From assembly GCA_044224905.1 (NCBI GenBank), contig JBGAJN010000001.1:780705-844704 (forward strand): a stretch of DNA of 64,000 nt, given 5' to 3'. Every line of letters begins with the position of its first letter. Within the stretch, counting starts at the first letter, position 1. The notes beneath the pieces were generated by a model that was given only the letters and a program-made list of their open reading frames with translations, had not been told where the DNA came from and did no database searches. This DNA comes from Limisphaerales bacterium (lineage in GTDB: Bacteria; Verrucomicrobiota; Verrucomicrobiia; Limisphaerales; JBGAJN01). A program made the translations under genes and the position numbers. Below, in pieces: positions 27,753 to 37,138 of this stretch.

Positions 27753-29039
27753 ATGGCCACGCCAAAGTCCAGTTTTCTCGACAAAGTCCTCGGCCGCATC
27801 GCGCGGCTCGACAAAGAAGGCTTGCAGACCGTCGTGCAGCGGCTCGCGCGGGAGCGCACCTTTCTCGAAACGCTGTTCAACACGATCGAAGACGGCGTGC
27901 TGGTCGTCGATGAAGCGGGGCGCGTGCTCTATTTCAATCAAGCTGTCACGCGGCTCCTCGGCGCGCAGCCGGACACCGAAGAGCATCACATCAGCGAGCT
28001 GCTTCCGGACATCGACTGGCAAAAACTCGCCGCCATCGACGCCGCAGGTGGTCAACGCGTCGTACGGCAGGAATTTGAAGTGAGTTATCCGCGGCCGCGT
28101 TTTCTGCGTCTCTACGCGGCGCCGCTGGACGGCGAAGCCACTGGGACCGCGGGCGTCGCGCTGATTCTGAACGACGCCACCGAGGCGCGGCAGAAAACGT
28201 TTGAGACGATCGAAAGTGAGCGCATCCATGCGTTGACACTGCTCGCGGCGAGTGTCGCTCACGAGATCGGCAACCCGCTCAACGCGCTGCACATTCACCT
28301 TCAACTGATGGAGCGCGAGTTGAAGAAGCTCCGCCAGACCAGCGGTGAATGGCCACAGAGTGCCACTGTAGTGAGTGCGCGTCCGCGTTCGCAGGCGCGC
28401 GCGGTTCGCAATGAGGCGCAGGAAATTCTCGGCAAGTTGGACAGTTACCTCGACGTCGCAAAAGGCGAGATCTCGCGGCTCGATTACATCGTCACCCAAT
28501 TTCTCCAAGCTATCCGCCCGAGCCCTCCGCAGTTGAAGCCGTGTTCCCTCAACGACGTTGTCGAGGACACGGTGAATCTGCTTCGGCCCGAATTAGAAAA
28601 TCGCGGACTGGTCCTGAAGCAGCGCCTCGCGCGGGCGCTCACCTCGGTGCCGCTCGACGCGGCGCAGATCAAGCAAGTTCTTGTGAATCTCATCAAGAAC
28701 GCGATGCAGGCTATGACCAAGGGCGGCGCGCTGATGTTGCAGACGGGCGAAAGCGACGACGGCGTGTGGGTGAGCATCGCCGACACTGGGGGCGGCATTC
28801 CGCCGGAGCAGTTGAACCGGATCTTTGAACCGTTTTACACAACGAAGAAAAAAGGTTCGGGCCTTGGCTTAATGATTGTGCAACGCATCGTGCGCGAACA
28901 CGGTGGGAAGATCGATCTGGAGAGCAACGTGGGTGAAGGCACGACGTTCCGCATCTGGTTGCCGTCGCATCAGCGTAAGACGCGATTGCTGGGAGCGCCG
29001 GCGGCTAAGGAAGGCAAGGCAACGGAAACGCGCGAGTGA
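27753..29039 (+). CDS. Cytoplasmic PAS-domain sensor histidine kinase (NtrB-like)
   Basis: PAS region: LETLFNTIEDGVLVVDEAGRVLYFNQA. H-box: LAASVAHEIGNPLNAL. N box: LVNLIKNAMQA. G1/G2 boxes: DTGGGI and GSGLGL. No TM segments. Confidence 0.9.
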   Translation: MATPKSSFLDKVLGRIARLDKEGLQTVVQRLARERTFLETLFNTIEDGVLVVDEAGRVLYFNQAVTRLLGAQPDTEEHHISELLPDIDWQKLAAIDAAGGQRVVRQEFEVSYPRPRFLRLYAAPLDGEATGTAGVALILNDATEARQKTFETIESERIHALTLLAASVAHEIGNPLNALHIHLQLMERELKKLRQTSGEWPQSATVVSARPRSQARAVRNEAQEILGKLDSYLDVAKGEISRLDYIVTQFLQAIRPSPPQLKPCSLNDVVEDTVNLLRPELENRGLVLKQRLARALTSVPLDAAQIKQVLVNLIKNAMQAMTKGGALMLQTGESDDGVWVSIADTGGGIPPEQLNRIFEPFYTTKKKGSGLGLMIVQRIVREHGGKIDLESNVGEGTTFRIWLPSHQRKTRLLGAPAAKEGKATETRE

Positions 29040-29062
29040 AAAGCTTCGCCTGAAATTTCGCG

Positions 29063-30439
29063 ATGAATCTGAAACCGACATTGTTGATCGTGGATGACGA
29101 GAAGCCGACGCGCGAGGGCTTGCGCGCGGCGCTTGAAGATCGTTTCGACGTTTACATCGCCGAGGACGCGGCAACCGCGATGGGCTTGCTGGAGAAGGAA
29201 AACTTCGCGGTCATGCTCACGGATTTTCGCATGCCCAATGAAGACGGGATGAAGCTGATCAAGCGCGCCAAGTCCCTTCCGAAGCCGCCGGTGTGCATCT
29301 TGATGACCGCGTACGGTTCCGAAGAAGTGGCGGTGCTGGCGATGAAGAACGGTGCGGACGACTACATTCCCAAAGGTCGGATGCAGATCGACGAACTCGA
29401 ACTCCGCATCGCCAAAGCACTGAAATCTCAGACGCTGGAAGTCGAGAACAAGTCGCTCCACGAGCAGCTCGATTCAAAGTTCGGCGTGGAAAATATCATC
29501 GGTGATTCGCCGGTGATGCACGAACTGCTGGAGACCGTGAAGCAGGTGGCTCCGACGCGCGCGACGGTTTTGATTCGCGGCGAAAGCGGCACCGGCAAGG
29601 AGCTCATCGCAAAAGCAATTCATCAACTCAGCACGCGTTCGCGCGGGGCGATGATCAGCGTGCATTGCGCGGCATTGCCCGCAAACTTGCTTGAGAGCGA
29701 GTTGTTCGGCCACGAAAAGGGCGCGTTCACCGGCGCGCACGAACGTCGCATTGGCCGCGTGGAGCAGGCGCAGGGTGGGACGCTGTTCCTCGATGAAATC
29801 GGCGAGATCGACGCTACGATTCAGATCAAGCTGCTGCGATTTCTTGGCGAGAGAACTTTTGAGCGGGTCGGTTCGAGTAAGACGCTGACTGCGGATGTTC
29901 GGTTGGTGGCGGCGACGAACAAGAATCTCCAGGAGTTGGTGCGCGCCGGTCAATTCCGCGAAGATCTGTATTATCGCCTGCGGGTCGTGGAGTTGGTGTT
30001 GCCGCCGCTGCGCGACCGCATGAGCGATGTGCCTTTGCTGGCGCACGCGTTCCTGAAGGAGTCGGCGCGGGAGAATGAAAAGCCCGTGAACGATTTCACC
30101 ATGGATGCGCTCGAAGCGCTCATGAAACACTCCTGGCCGGGGAACGTTCGTGAGTTGCGCAGTGCGATTGAACACGCGGTGGCGTTTGCCCGCGGGGAGC
30201 GCGTTTCGTTGCGCGATTTGCCGGCGGATATTCGGCAGCCGACGCCGCAGCCGGTGGCGTTGTTGACGGCTGGCGCGCCAAGTGACGAGACGGTGACGGT
30301 TTCCGAGGCGGAGAAACAATTAGTTATTCGCGCCTTGAAGGAGTCGCGGGGAAATCGCACGCTGGCCGCCAAAAAAATCGGCATTAGCCGCCGGACCTTG
30401 CACCGCAAACTGCACACGTATCATTTGGAAGGGTTTTAA
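29063..30439 (+). CDS. Sigma-54-dependent response regulator (NtrC family: REC, AAA+ and Fis-type HTH domains)
   Basis: REC domain with LLIVDDE...D at the phosphoacceptor position. Walker A: GESGTGKE. The GAFTGA motif (EKGAFTGA) is diagnostic of sigma-54 contact. C-terminal HTH: [16 protein letters not shown]. Confidence 0.93.
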   Translation: MNLKPTLLIVDDEKPTREGLRAALEDRFDVYIAEDAATAMGLLEKENFAVMLTDFRMPNEDGMKLIKRAKSLPKPPVCILMTAYGSEEVAVLAMKNGADDYIPKGRMQIDELELRIAKALKSQTLEVENKSLHEQLDSKFGVENIIGDSPVMHELLETVKQVAPTRATVLIRGESGTGKELIAKAIHQLSTRSRGAMISVHCAALPANLLESELFGHEKGAFTGAHERRIGRVEQAQGGTLFLDEIGEIDATIQIKLLRFLGERTFERVGSSKTLTADVRLVAATNKNLQELVRAGQFREDLYYRLRVVELVLPPLRDRMSDVPLLAHAFLKESARENEKPVNDFTMDALEALMKHSWPGNVRELRSAIEHAVAFARGERVSLRDLPADIRQPTPQPVALLTAGAPSDETVTVSEAEKQLVIRALKESRGNRTLAAKKIGISRRTLHRKLHTYHLEGF

Positions 30440-30445
30440 ATTCAT

Positions 30446-32290
30446 ATGCTGCCAATTCAGGAGATCATCCACAAATTCGAGGAGGGCGCTGGCAAGGGAA
30501 TCATCCGCGCCATTTTTGCGGTGACGGTGTTGGGGGCGCTGTGGGTGGCGTATGAGTTTCGTCAGTTCCGTAACATGGGTGCCCCTGAAGCGATGGATGC
30601 GGCTCAGGTGGCGCGGAATCTTTCGCGCGGAGAAGGTTTCACCACCCGGAACATCCGGCCGCTGAGCATGTGGTTGGTAAAGCAGAAGAAGCTTGCTGAT
30701 CGTGGCGAAGGTGTGGTGGCCGCCGAAGCTGCTGGAGTTGCGCGGCGTGAGCGGGACATGGCCATGGTGCGGACTCCGCATCCTGACCTGGCTAATGCGC
30801 CGGTGTATCCGCTGGTGTTGGCCGGATGGATGCGCATGGTGCCATTTCAGTTTGAGATTCCAAAAACCCAGGGGCGATTCACGCGTTATCAACCAGATTT
30901 GATGATCGCCGTTTTAAATCAGATTTTTCTCGTCGTGGCGGCGGTGCAGATATTTTTCCTCGGGAGGAGATTGTTCGATTCGTCGGTCGCATGGGTTTCG
31001 GCGGCGGTGTTTATGTTTTCGGAAATGTACTGGCGATTCAGTGTGTCGGGACTTCCGACGTTGTTGGTAATTGTAATTTTTCTCGGACTGGTATCATTGC
31101 TGGTTCGGTTGGAGCAGGCGGCCCGCGAAGGTCGGGGTAATGCAGTGTATTATGTTGGAATGGGTCTCGCCGTCGGTGCGGTGATGGCGCTGGGGACTTT
31201 GACGTTGTACTCGTTCGGTTGGCTGATGGTGCCGGTGTTCCTGTTTCTGATTTTTTATCAGGGCAAACGGCGCGGTCTGGCAGCGGTGGCCGCAGTGGTG
31301 GTGTTTATTGCGGCTTTGAGTCCTTGGTTGGCGCGGAACTATCAGTTGAGCGGTCGTTTTTTTGGAGTGGCGGGGTACGCTCTGTCTGCAGATAGCGGGG
31401 TGGCTAGTGCGCGTTTGGAGCGGAGTTTGGAACCGCAAGAGGATCTCAAGAAAGTTGGGTTTACGGGCTATCGCGTCAAGTTTTTGGCTAACGGAGCGGA
31501 GTTGCTAAAGAACCAGGTGCCAAGGCTGGGTGGAAGCTGGGTTACTGCTTTGTTCCTCGCGGGATTGTTCATTCGTTTTCGAAGCCCGGCATTGGGCCGG
31601 TTGAGGGTTTTTCTACTGATGGCTCTGGCGACACTGCTTGTGGTGCAGGCACTCGGTCGGACACATTTGTCGACGGCGAATCCCTTGGGCAACGATTTCA
31701 CGTCGGAGAACCTATTGGCGGTGGTGGCGCCTCTAGTTTTTGTGTTCGGCGTGGGAATGTTTTATTTGTTGTTAGACCAAATGCGGCTGCCGTTTCCGCA
31801 GGTGCGCATCTTTGTTGTGGCTGGTTTCGTAATGGTGGCATCGCTGCCAATGTTGTTCACGATTCCACAGCCGGTTTTCCCTTTAATGTATCCCCCGTAT
31901 TATCCGCCATTGATTCAGAAGACTAGCGGGTACATGACCGAGCAAGAGTTGATGATGAGCGACATTCCAGCCGCGGTGGCGTGGTACGGTAATCGGCAGT
32001 GCGTGGCCCTGACTCTCGACATGAAGAAAGACTTTTTTAGCATCAACGACTTTGAGAAATCCATTCAAGGATTGTACCTGACGCCGGTCACCTTGGATGC
32101 GAAGTTCCTGAGCGATATGCTTGGCGGTGGGAAAAATACTTGGGGTCTGATGTTGTTCGAAAGTTTGGGCCGTCGGGAAATTCCTCCAGATTTCCCATTG
32201 CGAGCAAATCCGCCGGGTTTCTTTCCGGGAACCCTTGCAGATCAGCTTTTTCTTAGTGATCACCCGCGTTGGAATGCCCGTGGCGACTAG
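30446..32290 (+). CDS. Polytopic membrane protein, probable GT-C fold glycosyltransferase (ArnT/PMT-like)
   Basis: It starts 6 nt after the response-regulator stop. There are more than 10 predicted TM helices. First-loop pattern: EAMDAAQVARNLSRGEGFTT...HPDLANAPVYPLVL, reminiscent of GT39/GT83 enzymes. The C-terminal domain is soluble. The family call comes from a motif read by eye only. Confidence 0.5.
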   Translation: MLPIQEIIHKFEEGAGKGIIRAIFAVTVLGALWVAYEFRQFRNMGAPEAMDAAQVARNLSRGEGFTTRNIRPLSMWLVKQKKLADRGEGVVAAEAAGVARRERDMAMVRTPHPDLANAPVYPLVLAGWMRMVPFQFEIPKTQGRFTRYQPDLMIAVLNQIFLVVAAVQIFFLGRRLFDSSVAWVSAAVFMFSEMYWRFSVSGLPTLLVIVIFLGLVSLLVRLEQAAREGRGNAVYYVGMGLAVGAVMALGTLTLYSFGWLMVPVFLFLIFYQGKRRGLAAVAAVVVFIAALSPWLARNYQLSGRFFGVAGYALSADSGVASARLERSLEPQEDLKKVGFTGYRVKFLANGAELLKNQVPRLGGSWVTALFLAGLFIRFRSPALGRLRVFLLMALATLLVVQALGRTHLSTANPLGNDFTSENLLAVVAPLVFVFGVGMFYLLLDQMRLPFPQVRIFVVAGFVMVASLPMLFTIPQPVFPLMYPPYYPPLIQKTSGYMTEQELMMSDIPAAVAWYGNRQCVALTLDMKKDFFSINDFEKSIQGLYLTPVTLDAKFLSDMLGGGKNTWGLMLFESLGRREIPPDFPLRANPPGFFPGTLADQLFLSDHPRWNARGD

Positions 32291-32308
32291 GTTTGATCTC
32301 GTGACTGG

Positions 32309-32340
32309 CGGCCAAAAAATGCCGTCGGCCAAAAAATGCC
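32309..32340 (+). promoter_or_regulatory. Two perfect 15-nt direct repeats, CGGCCAAAAAATGCC (each GGC-N8-GCC), 17-nt period; candidate activator (UAS) sites
   Basis: The repeats lie at 32309-32323 and 32326-32340. They sit about 110-140 bp upstream of the candidate -24/-12 promoter at 32448-32463 and directly downstream of the NtrC-type regulator operon. Confidence 0.3.
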
Positions 32341-32447
32341 ATTTCAGGTGGAAGCCGCTTTTGCCGAAATATTTGGTGGACGACCGACAGAATTGTATTT
32401 GACAAGGGTTTGGCTAAAACGTAGAACGCCCGTCGAGCGTTAATGTC

Positions 32448-32463
32448 CGGATGTAAATTTGCA
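32448..32463 (+). promoter_or_regulatory. Candidate sigma-54 (-24/-12) promoter for the OM barrel/export genes
   Basis: CGGATGTAAATTTGCA compared with the consensus TGGCACG-N4-TTGCW: GG and GC are at the correct 12-nt spacing, the -12 TTGCA is perfect, and the -24 element matches only at GG. It lies 28 bp upstream of ATG 32491. Confidence 0.25.
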
Positions 32464-32490
32464 TAGCAGTTGAGTCGAAAGAATTAAGAT

Positions 32491-33780
32491 ATGAAAAAAA
32501 TCGCCGCATTTGCCAGCTTCGCTGCCTTCGGTGCCATGAGCTTGCCGCTCGCGCAGGCCCAGTCGACGTACAGTTTGGCGCCCCAGCTGAGCCAACAGGA
32601 GCTGAGTAAGCCGTGGAGCATTTCCGCCTCGTTGCGTGGATTTTACGACGACAACTGGAATACAGCCAATAAGGCGCTCAATCCTCAGCACAGCTTTGGT
32701 GGTGAGATTTCGCCTGCGTTTTCGCTCAATCTGCCGATGGAGCAGACCTACATCGGCTTGAACGCGCGCTATACGGGCCGCTATTATGAAAACCGCGCCA
32801 ACAATTCTTGGGAAAACGAATTCCAGTTTGGTGCTGTGTTGAACCATCAGTTCTCGGAGCGGTTTAAGCTCGAGTTCAACGATTCCTTTGTCTATTCCCA
32901 AAATCCGGATGTCATTAACGCGCCGAACACCGCTTTCGCGACTCCTCTTCGCAGTAACCAAAACAGCAAGCGCAACAGCGCTAATATCAATTTTACGTTT
33001 GGGTTGACCCCCACCGTCAGCTTGGTTTTGGGCTATGGCAACAATTGGTACTCTTATCAGCAAAAGGGAAACGCTTCGCTCTCTGCGTTGCTTGACCGCG
33101 TTGAGCACAACGTTCCTTTGAGCGTCCGCTGGCAGGTCAAGCCGTCGACGACGTTGATCGCTGGCTATGCATACGGTCGGACGGATTATTTGAGCTCCGA
33201 GTTTCTTGATGTGGCTGGCACGGTTGCGCCGAAGACCCGTAATAGTGAATCGCACTATGGTTTCTTGGGGGTAGATCATGCATTTACCGAAACTCTGTCT
33301 GCCTCGGTGCGTGGCGGTGCGCAGTACGTGATGTACCCGAATGCTGCGGCGAATGCTGCTGGCAGCTCGGTGTCGCCCTATGTGGATGCGAGTTTGAATT
33401 GGTCCTATCGTCCGAGCGCGTACGTCGCGTTGGGTGTGCGGCATTCGCGAAATGCAACGGACGTTGCCTTCGACCCGATCAACAATCCGATCACGGACCA
33501 GGAATCCACGACCGTTTACCTCAATGTCAGTCATCCTATCACGCCGAAGTTGACGGTTAGTGCTTTGGCCCAAGCTCAGTTCTCGAGCTTCAATCGAGTG
33601 GGCGGTAACATTGGCGAAAACTACTATTTGGCGGGTCTGACGTTTGCCTACAGCATCAATCAATTCCTCTCTGCGGAAGCTGGCTACAATTATGATCGTC
33701 TGACTTCCGATCTCGATTCGACGAGTCTTCGTTCGTACAGCCGCAATCGCGTGTTTCTTGGCTTGCGTGCGACCTATTAA
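32491..33780 (+). CDS. Outer-membrane beta-barrel protein associated with the polysaccharide export locus
   Basis: Signal peptide: MKKIAAFASFAAFGAMSLPLAQA. Amphipathic strands alternate throughout and are rich in Y/N/S/G. The C-terminus, VFLGLRATY, ends in an aromatic residue, as in BAM substrates. Confidence 0.7.
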   Translation: MKKIAAFASFAAFGAMSLPLAQAQSTYSLAPQLSQQELSKPWSISASLRGFYDDNWNTANKALNPQHSFGGEISPAFSLNLPMEQTYIGLNARYTGRYYENRANNSWENEFQFGAVLNHQFSERFKLEFNDSFVYSQNPDVINAPNTAFATPLRSNQNSKRNSANINFTFGLTPTVSLVLGYGNNWYSYQQKGNASLSALLDRVEHNVPLSVRWQVKPSTTLIAGYAYGRTDYLSSEFLDVAGTVAPKTRNSESHYGFLGVDHAFTETLSASVRGGAQYVMYPNAAANAAGSSVSPYVDASLNWSYRPSAYVALGVRHSRNATDVAFDPINNPITDQESTTVYLNVSHPITPKLTVSALAQAQFSSFNRVGGNIGENYYLAGLTFAYSINQFLSAEAGYNYDRLTSDLDSTSLRSYSRNRVFLGLRATY

Positions 33781-33806
33781 TACGATTTAATCTCACAACT
33801 ATACGG

Positions 33807-33843
33807 GAGGCTGGAATGATAACCTTCTAGCCTCTTTTTTTTT
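33807..33843 (+). terminator. Hairpin plus T9 tract between the barrel gene and the Wzc-like gene (terminator or attenuator)
   Basis: GAGGCT (33807-33812) pairs with AGCCTC (33829-33834) across a 16-nt loop. Nine T residues follow immediately (33835-33843). The wzc-like ATG is at 33847. Confidence 0.5.
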
Positions 33844-33846
33844 GTC

Positions 33847-36060
33847 ATGGACGCCAACAGTAACTCTCTTTCCGCCGATTCGAAGCTCCATTTCCTCGAC
33901 TATTGGCGCATTATTCGCATTCGAAAGACGGTAATTATTGCCGTCATGTTGCTCGTTGTCATTACAACGACCGTCGTGACATACTTCCTTCCGGAGTATT
34001 ACATGAGCACCGTCCGTTTGACGGTAGATCGAGATGCCTCCGATGTGTCTGGTGTAGGGGGGCAGCAAAACTACTTCGGGTACGATCCTTACTTCATTCT
34101 GACGGAGTTTGAGAAGATCCAGTCTAAGAACGTCTTGTACGAGGTGATTGAGCGGCTCAAATTGAATGAGCGGTGGGCGAAGGATTATGGTGGCGGTGAG
34201 AAGTTAAAGACGACGGAGACGTTCACCATTCTTCGGAGCCTGATGGACGTTCGTCAGTCCCGTAATACGAGTTTGATCGAAATCCGGCTTTTCAGCCGTG
34301 ATCCGAAGGAGGCAGCCGAGATAGCAAATGCTGTCGCCGACGTTTACCGGGAGGTTCGGTTGCGCCAGCGCACCGAGATATCGGCGAAAGGCATCAGGGT
34401 TTTGACCGACCGCTTCAAAGAACAAGATGACAAGGTTAAACAGGCTCAGGATTTGGTGGGGAATTTGCGGGAAAAACTCAACATTTCTGAAGTTGGTAGT
34501 GTCGGGAGTCTTAGTGCCGGCGGGGTAAGTCAAGTGTTGGAACCTGAGACTCTTCGGCGTGTAGAGGCGCTACGTGTCGAAGCGCGAAACTTCTACGTGG
34601 AAGCCAGTACGATTTACGACGAACTCTCCAAGAAGTCGAAAACCGATCTTCGGAAAGCCATGTCCACCGCTTACCCTGACGCGCAACTTGCTAGTTTGCT
34701 CGAGCAGATGGATCAGGCGGAGCAAAAACTTGCTTCAATGCTGAAGGATTTGGGCGAGAATCATCCGGAAGTTCAACGAATCGCTGCACTGGCGAGCAAG
34801 ATCAAGGAGCAGGTCGATAATCGCTTGGACGGCATTATGATGGGCTTGGCCACTAAAGTGGCGACCGCGAAAGCCCGTTTGGATGCGCTGACTCAACAAG
34901 TGGAAGCGGCCAATAAAGCGAACATTGAAACAGCTTCACGAAACCGCCTTTACATCGAGGCTCTGCATGATCTCGAGAAACAGCAGCAGGTTCGCGACAC
35001 TCTCAATCTGAAAGTCATGCAGGAGACGATCGATAGTTCGCTCGGTCGAAGCTCTGTTGCCGTAATTACTGACCCAGCTGAGCCTGGGCTTTCGCCCGTG
35101 AGGCCTAATAAGACGCTGAACATTACGTTGGGTATTGTTGTGGGCATCATCCTTGGCATCGGACTGGCCTTCTTCATTGAATACTTGGATACCAGCGTCA
35201 AGACGCTCGATGATGTCGAGCGAGCGTTGCAGGCACCTGTTCTCGGTGTTATTCCGCAAAACGTGGGATCGCTTCTTGACGAAGGGCAGGAAAGTCCACA
35301 CGCAGAGTCTTACCGTGTCCTTCGCTCCAACTTACTGTTCTCGAAAAAGGACGGGAAGTTCAACACCATGTGCGTCATCAGCGCTGGCGCCGGCGAGGGC
35401 AAATCCACCACGATTTTCAACCTTGCTTGCACCTTTGCTCAAAACGGCCAGCGTGTGGTCATTGTTGATTCTGACTTGCGCCGTCCGAGCATCCATAAGT
35501 TTCTCCGCGTCTCCAACGCCATCGGTTTGACCAACTATCTTCAGCGCCAGAACACGCTGGAGGAGGTCATTCAAACCACCAGCCTGCCCACGTTGGATTT
35601 CCTCCCCAGCGGCAAGTTGCCGAGCAGTTCGATGGGCATTCTGAACTCGGTTCAGATGAAGGCCCTTATTCACGAATTGAAGCGGCGCTACGACTTTGTG
35701 TTCTTCGATTCACCGCCAATCCTCGGTGTGAGTGATGCCTCTATCATGGCGAGCGAAGTCGACATGACATTGCTCGTTGTTCAATACCGCAAGTATCCGC
35801 AAGCGATGACCCTCCGGGCCAAGCAGATGATCGACAAGGTCGGCGGGAACCTTATCGGTGTTGTGTTGAACAACATCAACATGGCGCATGACTCCTACTA
35901 TTATTACTACAGCGGGTTCTATTCGAACTACTACGCCCCGCACGAGGAGCAGAAGCCGAAAGAAATTGAAGGTCAACTTGGTGCATCGGAATCCGAGAAC
36001 GGCAAAGATACCGGCGGAGACGCGGGTGATGAGCCGGCCAAGTTGGAGCAAAAATATTAA
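33847..36060 (+). CDS. Polysaccharide co-polymerase / tyrosine autokinase (Wzc/GumC-like: Wzz domain plus BY-kinase)
   Basis: N-terminal Wzz-type block DYWRIIRIRKTVIIAVMLLVV (TM1). A long coiled-coil periplasmic region is followed by a second TM helix. Walker A: ISAGAGEGKST. Walker A'/B: VVIVDSDLRRP and FVFFDSPP. C-terminal Tyr cluster: DSYYYYYSGFYSNYY. Confidence 0.9.
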   Translation: MDANSNSLSADSKLHFLDYWRIIRIRKTVIIAVMLLVVITTTVVTYFLPEYYMSTVRLTVDRDASDVSGVGGQQNYFGYDPYFILTEFEKIQSKNVLYEVIERLKLNERWAKDYGGGEKLKTTETFTILRSLMDVRQSRNTSLIEIRLFSRDPKEAAEIANAVADVYREVRLRQRTEISAKGIRVLTDRFKEQDDKVKQAQDLVGNLREKLNISEVGSVGSLSAGGVSQVLEPETLRRVEALRVEARNFYVEASTIYDELSKKSKTDLRKAMSTAYPDAQLASLLEQMDQAEQKLASMLKDLGENHPEVQRIAALASKIKEQVDNRLDGIMMGLATKVATAKARLDALTQQVEAANKANIETASRNRLYIEALHDLEKQQQVRDTLNLKVMQETIDSSLGRSSVAVITDPAEPGLSPVRPNKTLNITLGIVVGIILGIGLAFFIEYLDTSVKTLDDVERALQAPVLGVIPQNVGSLLDEGQESPHAESYRVLRSNLLFSKKDGKFNTMCVISAGAGEGKSTTIFNLACTFAQNGQRVVIVDSDLRRPSIHKFLRVSNAIGLTNYLQRQNTLEEVIQTTSLPTLDFLPSGKLPSSSMGILNSVQMKALIHELKRRYDFVFFDSPPILGVSDASIMASEVDMTLLVVQYRKYPQAMTLRAKQMIDKVGGNLIGVVLNNINMAHDSYYYYYSGFYSNYYAPHEEQKPKEIEGQLGASESENGKDTGGDAGDEPAKLEQKY

Positions 36061-36099
36061 TTGTTCGTTTGGGGTGGGCTTTGTTAAGAATCAATCGTC

Positions 36100-36714
36100 A
36101 TGAACTGTATCCATAAGTTTTTTCGCCCGGAGATCTTGGTGGTGATCTTGGCAATGTTGCTGGGAGCTGGATGTGAAACCCTGCCTACGACCAACGATGT
36201 CTCCGCTCCGGAAGGGCTGCAATCGATTGGATCTGCTGACACGCTGCAAGTGGGTAACAAGTTAATTATTAACTTCACCGACACACCCACTCCCATCGCC
36301 CCCATTGAAGAAACCATTCGTGAAGATGGTATGATCAGTTTGCATTTGAGTCAGAAAATTCAAGCCGCTGGCAAAAAGAAAGGGGAATTAGAGGAGCAAA
36401 TCAAAGCTTTGTACGTTCCTCAGTTTTATGTTCGCTTGACTGTGACCATCAAAACGGAAGATCGTTTTTTCTCTGTCGGCGGAGAGGTTCGCACCCCAAA
36501 TCGGCAGGTTTATCTGGGTGAGATGACCGTACTTAAGGCTATCATTGCCGCTGGCGGTTTCACGGAGTTTGCCAACAAGAAGAATATCGAAATCATCCGG
36601 TCAAATCGCCGGAAGGATAAAGTGAATTGGTATAAGGCGCAGGAAGATCCTCAGAAATACGATCTGCCGATTTATCCCGGGGACCAGATTCACGTTCATC
36701 GGCGAGTCATCTGA
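36100..36714 (+). CDS. Polysaccharide export lipoprotein (Wza-like: Poly_export plus SLBB domains)
   Basis: Lipobox: LLGAGC. Export-domain pattern: LQVGNKLIINF...IREDGMISLHL. SLBB-like block: VLKAIIAAGGFTEFANKKNIEIIR...LPIYPGDQIHV. Confidence 0.85.
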   Translation: MNCIHKFFRPEILVVILAMLLGAGCETLPTTNDVSAPEGLQSIGSADTLQVGNKLIINFTDTPTPIAPIEETIREDGMISLHLSQKIQAAGKKKGELEEQIKALYVPQFYVRLTVTIKTEDRFFSVGGEVRTPNRQVYLGEMTVLKAIIAAGGFTEFANKKNIEIIRSNRRKDKVNWYKAQEDPQKYDLPIYPGDQIHVHRRVI

Positions 36715-37103
36715 TGGTGCGGCTGCAGATACTCTCCGGCAGCAAGGCTGGACTGGCTTACGAAGCGTCTAGTTTTCCGCTGGCAATCGGACGAGCCGCT
36801 GCTGGTAGCATAACACTCGAGGATTCTGGCGTCTGGGAACAGCATTTCCAAATCTCTTTAGACCTCGCCGAGGGATTCTTTCTCGAAGTCATTCCGCCGG
36901 CGCTTGCATCGGTGAACGGTCAACCCGTTGATCGCGTACTTTTACGCAATGGGGATATTATTTCCGCCGGCTCGGCGAAATTGCAATTTTGGCTGCAGGA
37001 AACCCGTCAACTCAGTCTGCGCGTTCGTGAGGTGGGCACGTGGATCTCCTACTTCCTGCTCTGTGCCGGCCAGCTGGCTCTCATTTACTGGCTTTTGAAT
37101 TAA
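36714..37103 (+). CDS. FHA-domain protein with a C-terminal transmembrane anchor
   Basis: Its ATG overlaps the Wza-like stop (TGATG). FHA pattern: FPLAIGRAAAGSITLEDSGVWEQHFQISL...VNGQPVDRVLLRNGDIISAGSAKLQFW. TM segment: WISYFLLCAGQLALIYWLL. Confidence 0.7.
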   Translation: MVRLQILSGSKAGLAYEASSFPLAIGRAAAGSITLEDSGVWEQHFQISLDLAEGFFLEVIPPALASVNGQPVDRVLLRNGDIISAGSAKLQFWLQETRQLSLRVREVGTWISYFLLCAGQLALIYWLLN

Positions 37104-37138
37104 CGGGGACGCTCGCGGTCGCGCGTGCTTATTGCCGG

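Noticed and set aside
32440-33663. 407-aa minus-strand ORF opposite the OM barrel gene
   Set aside because: The plus frame has a signal peptide, a beta-strand alternation pattern and an aromatic C-terminus. The minus product is Arg-rich and featureless.
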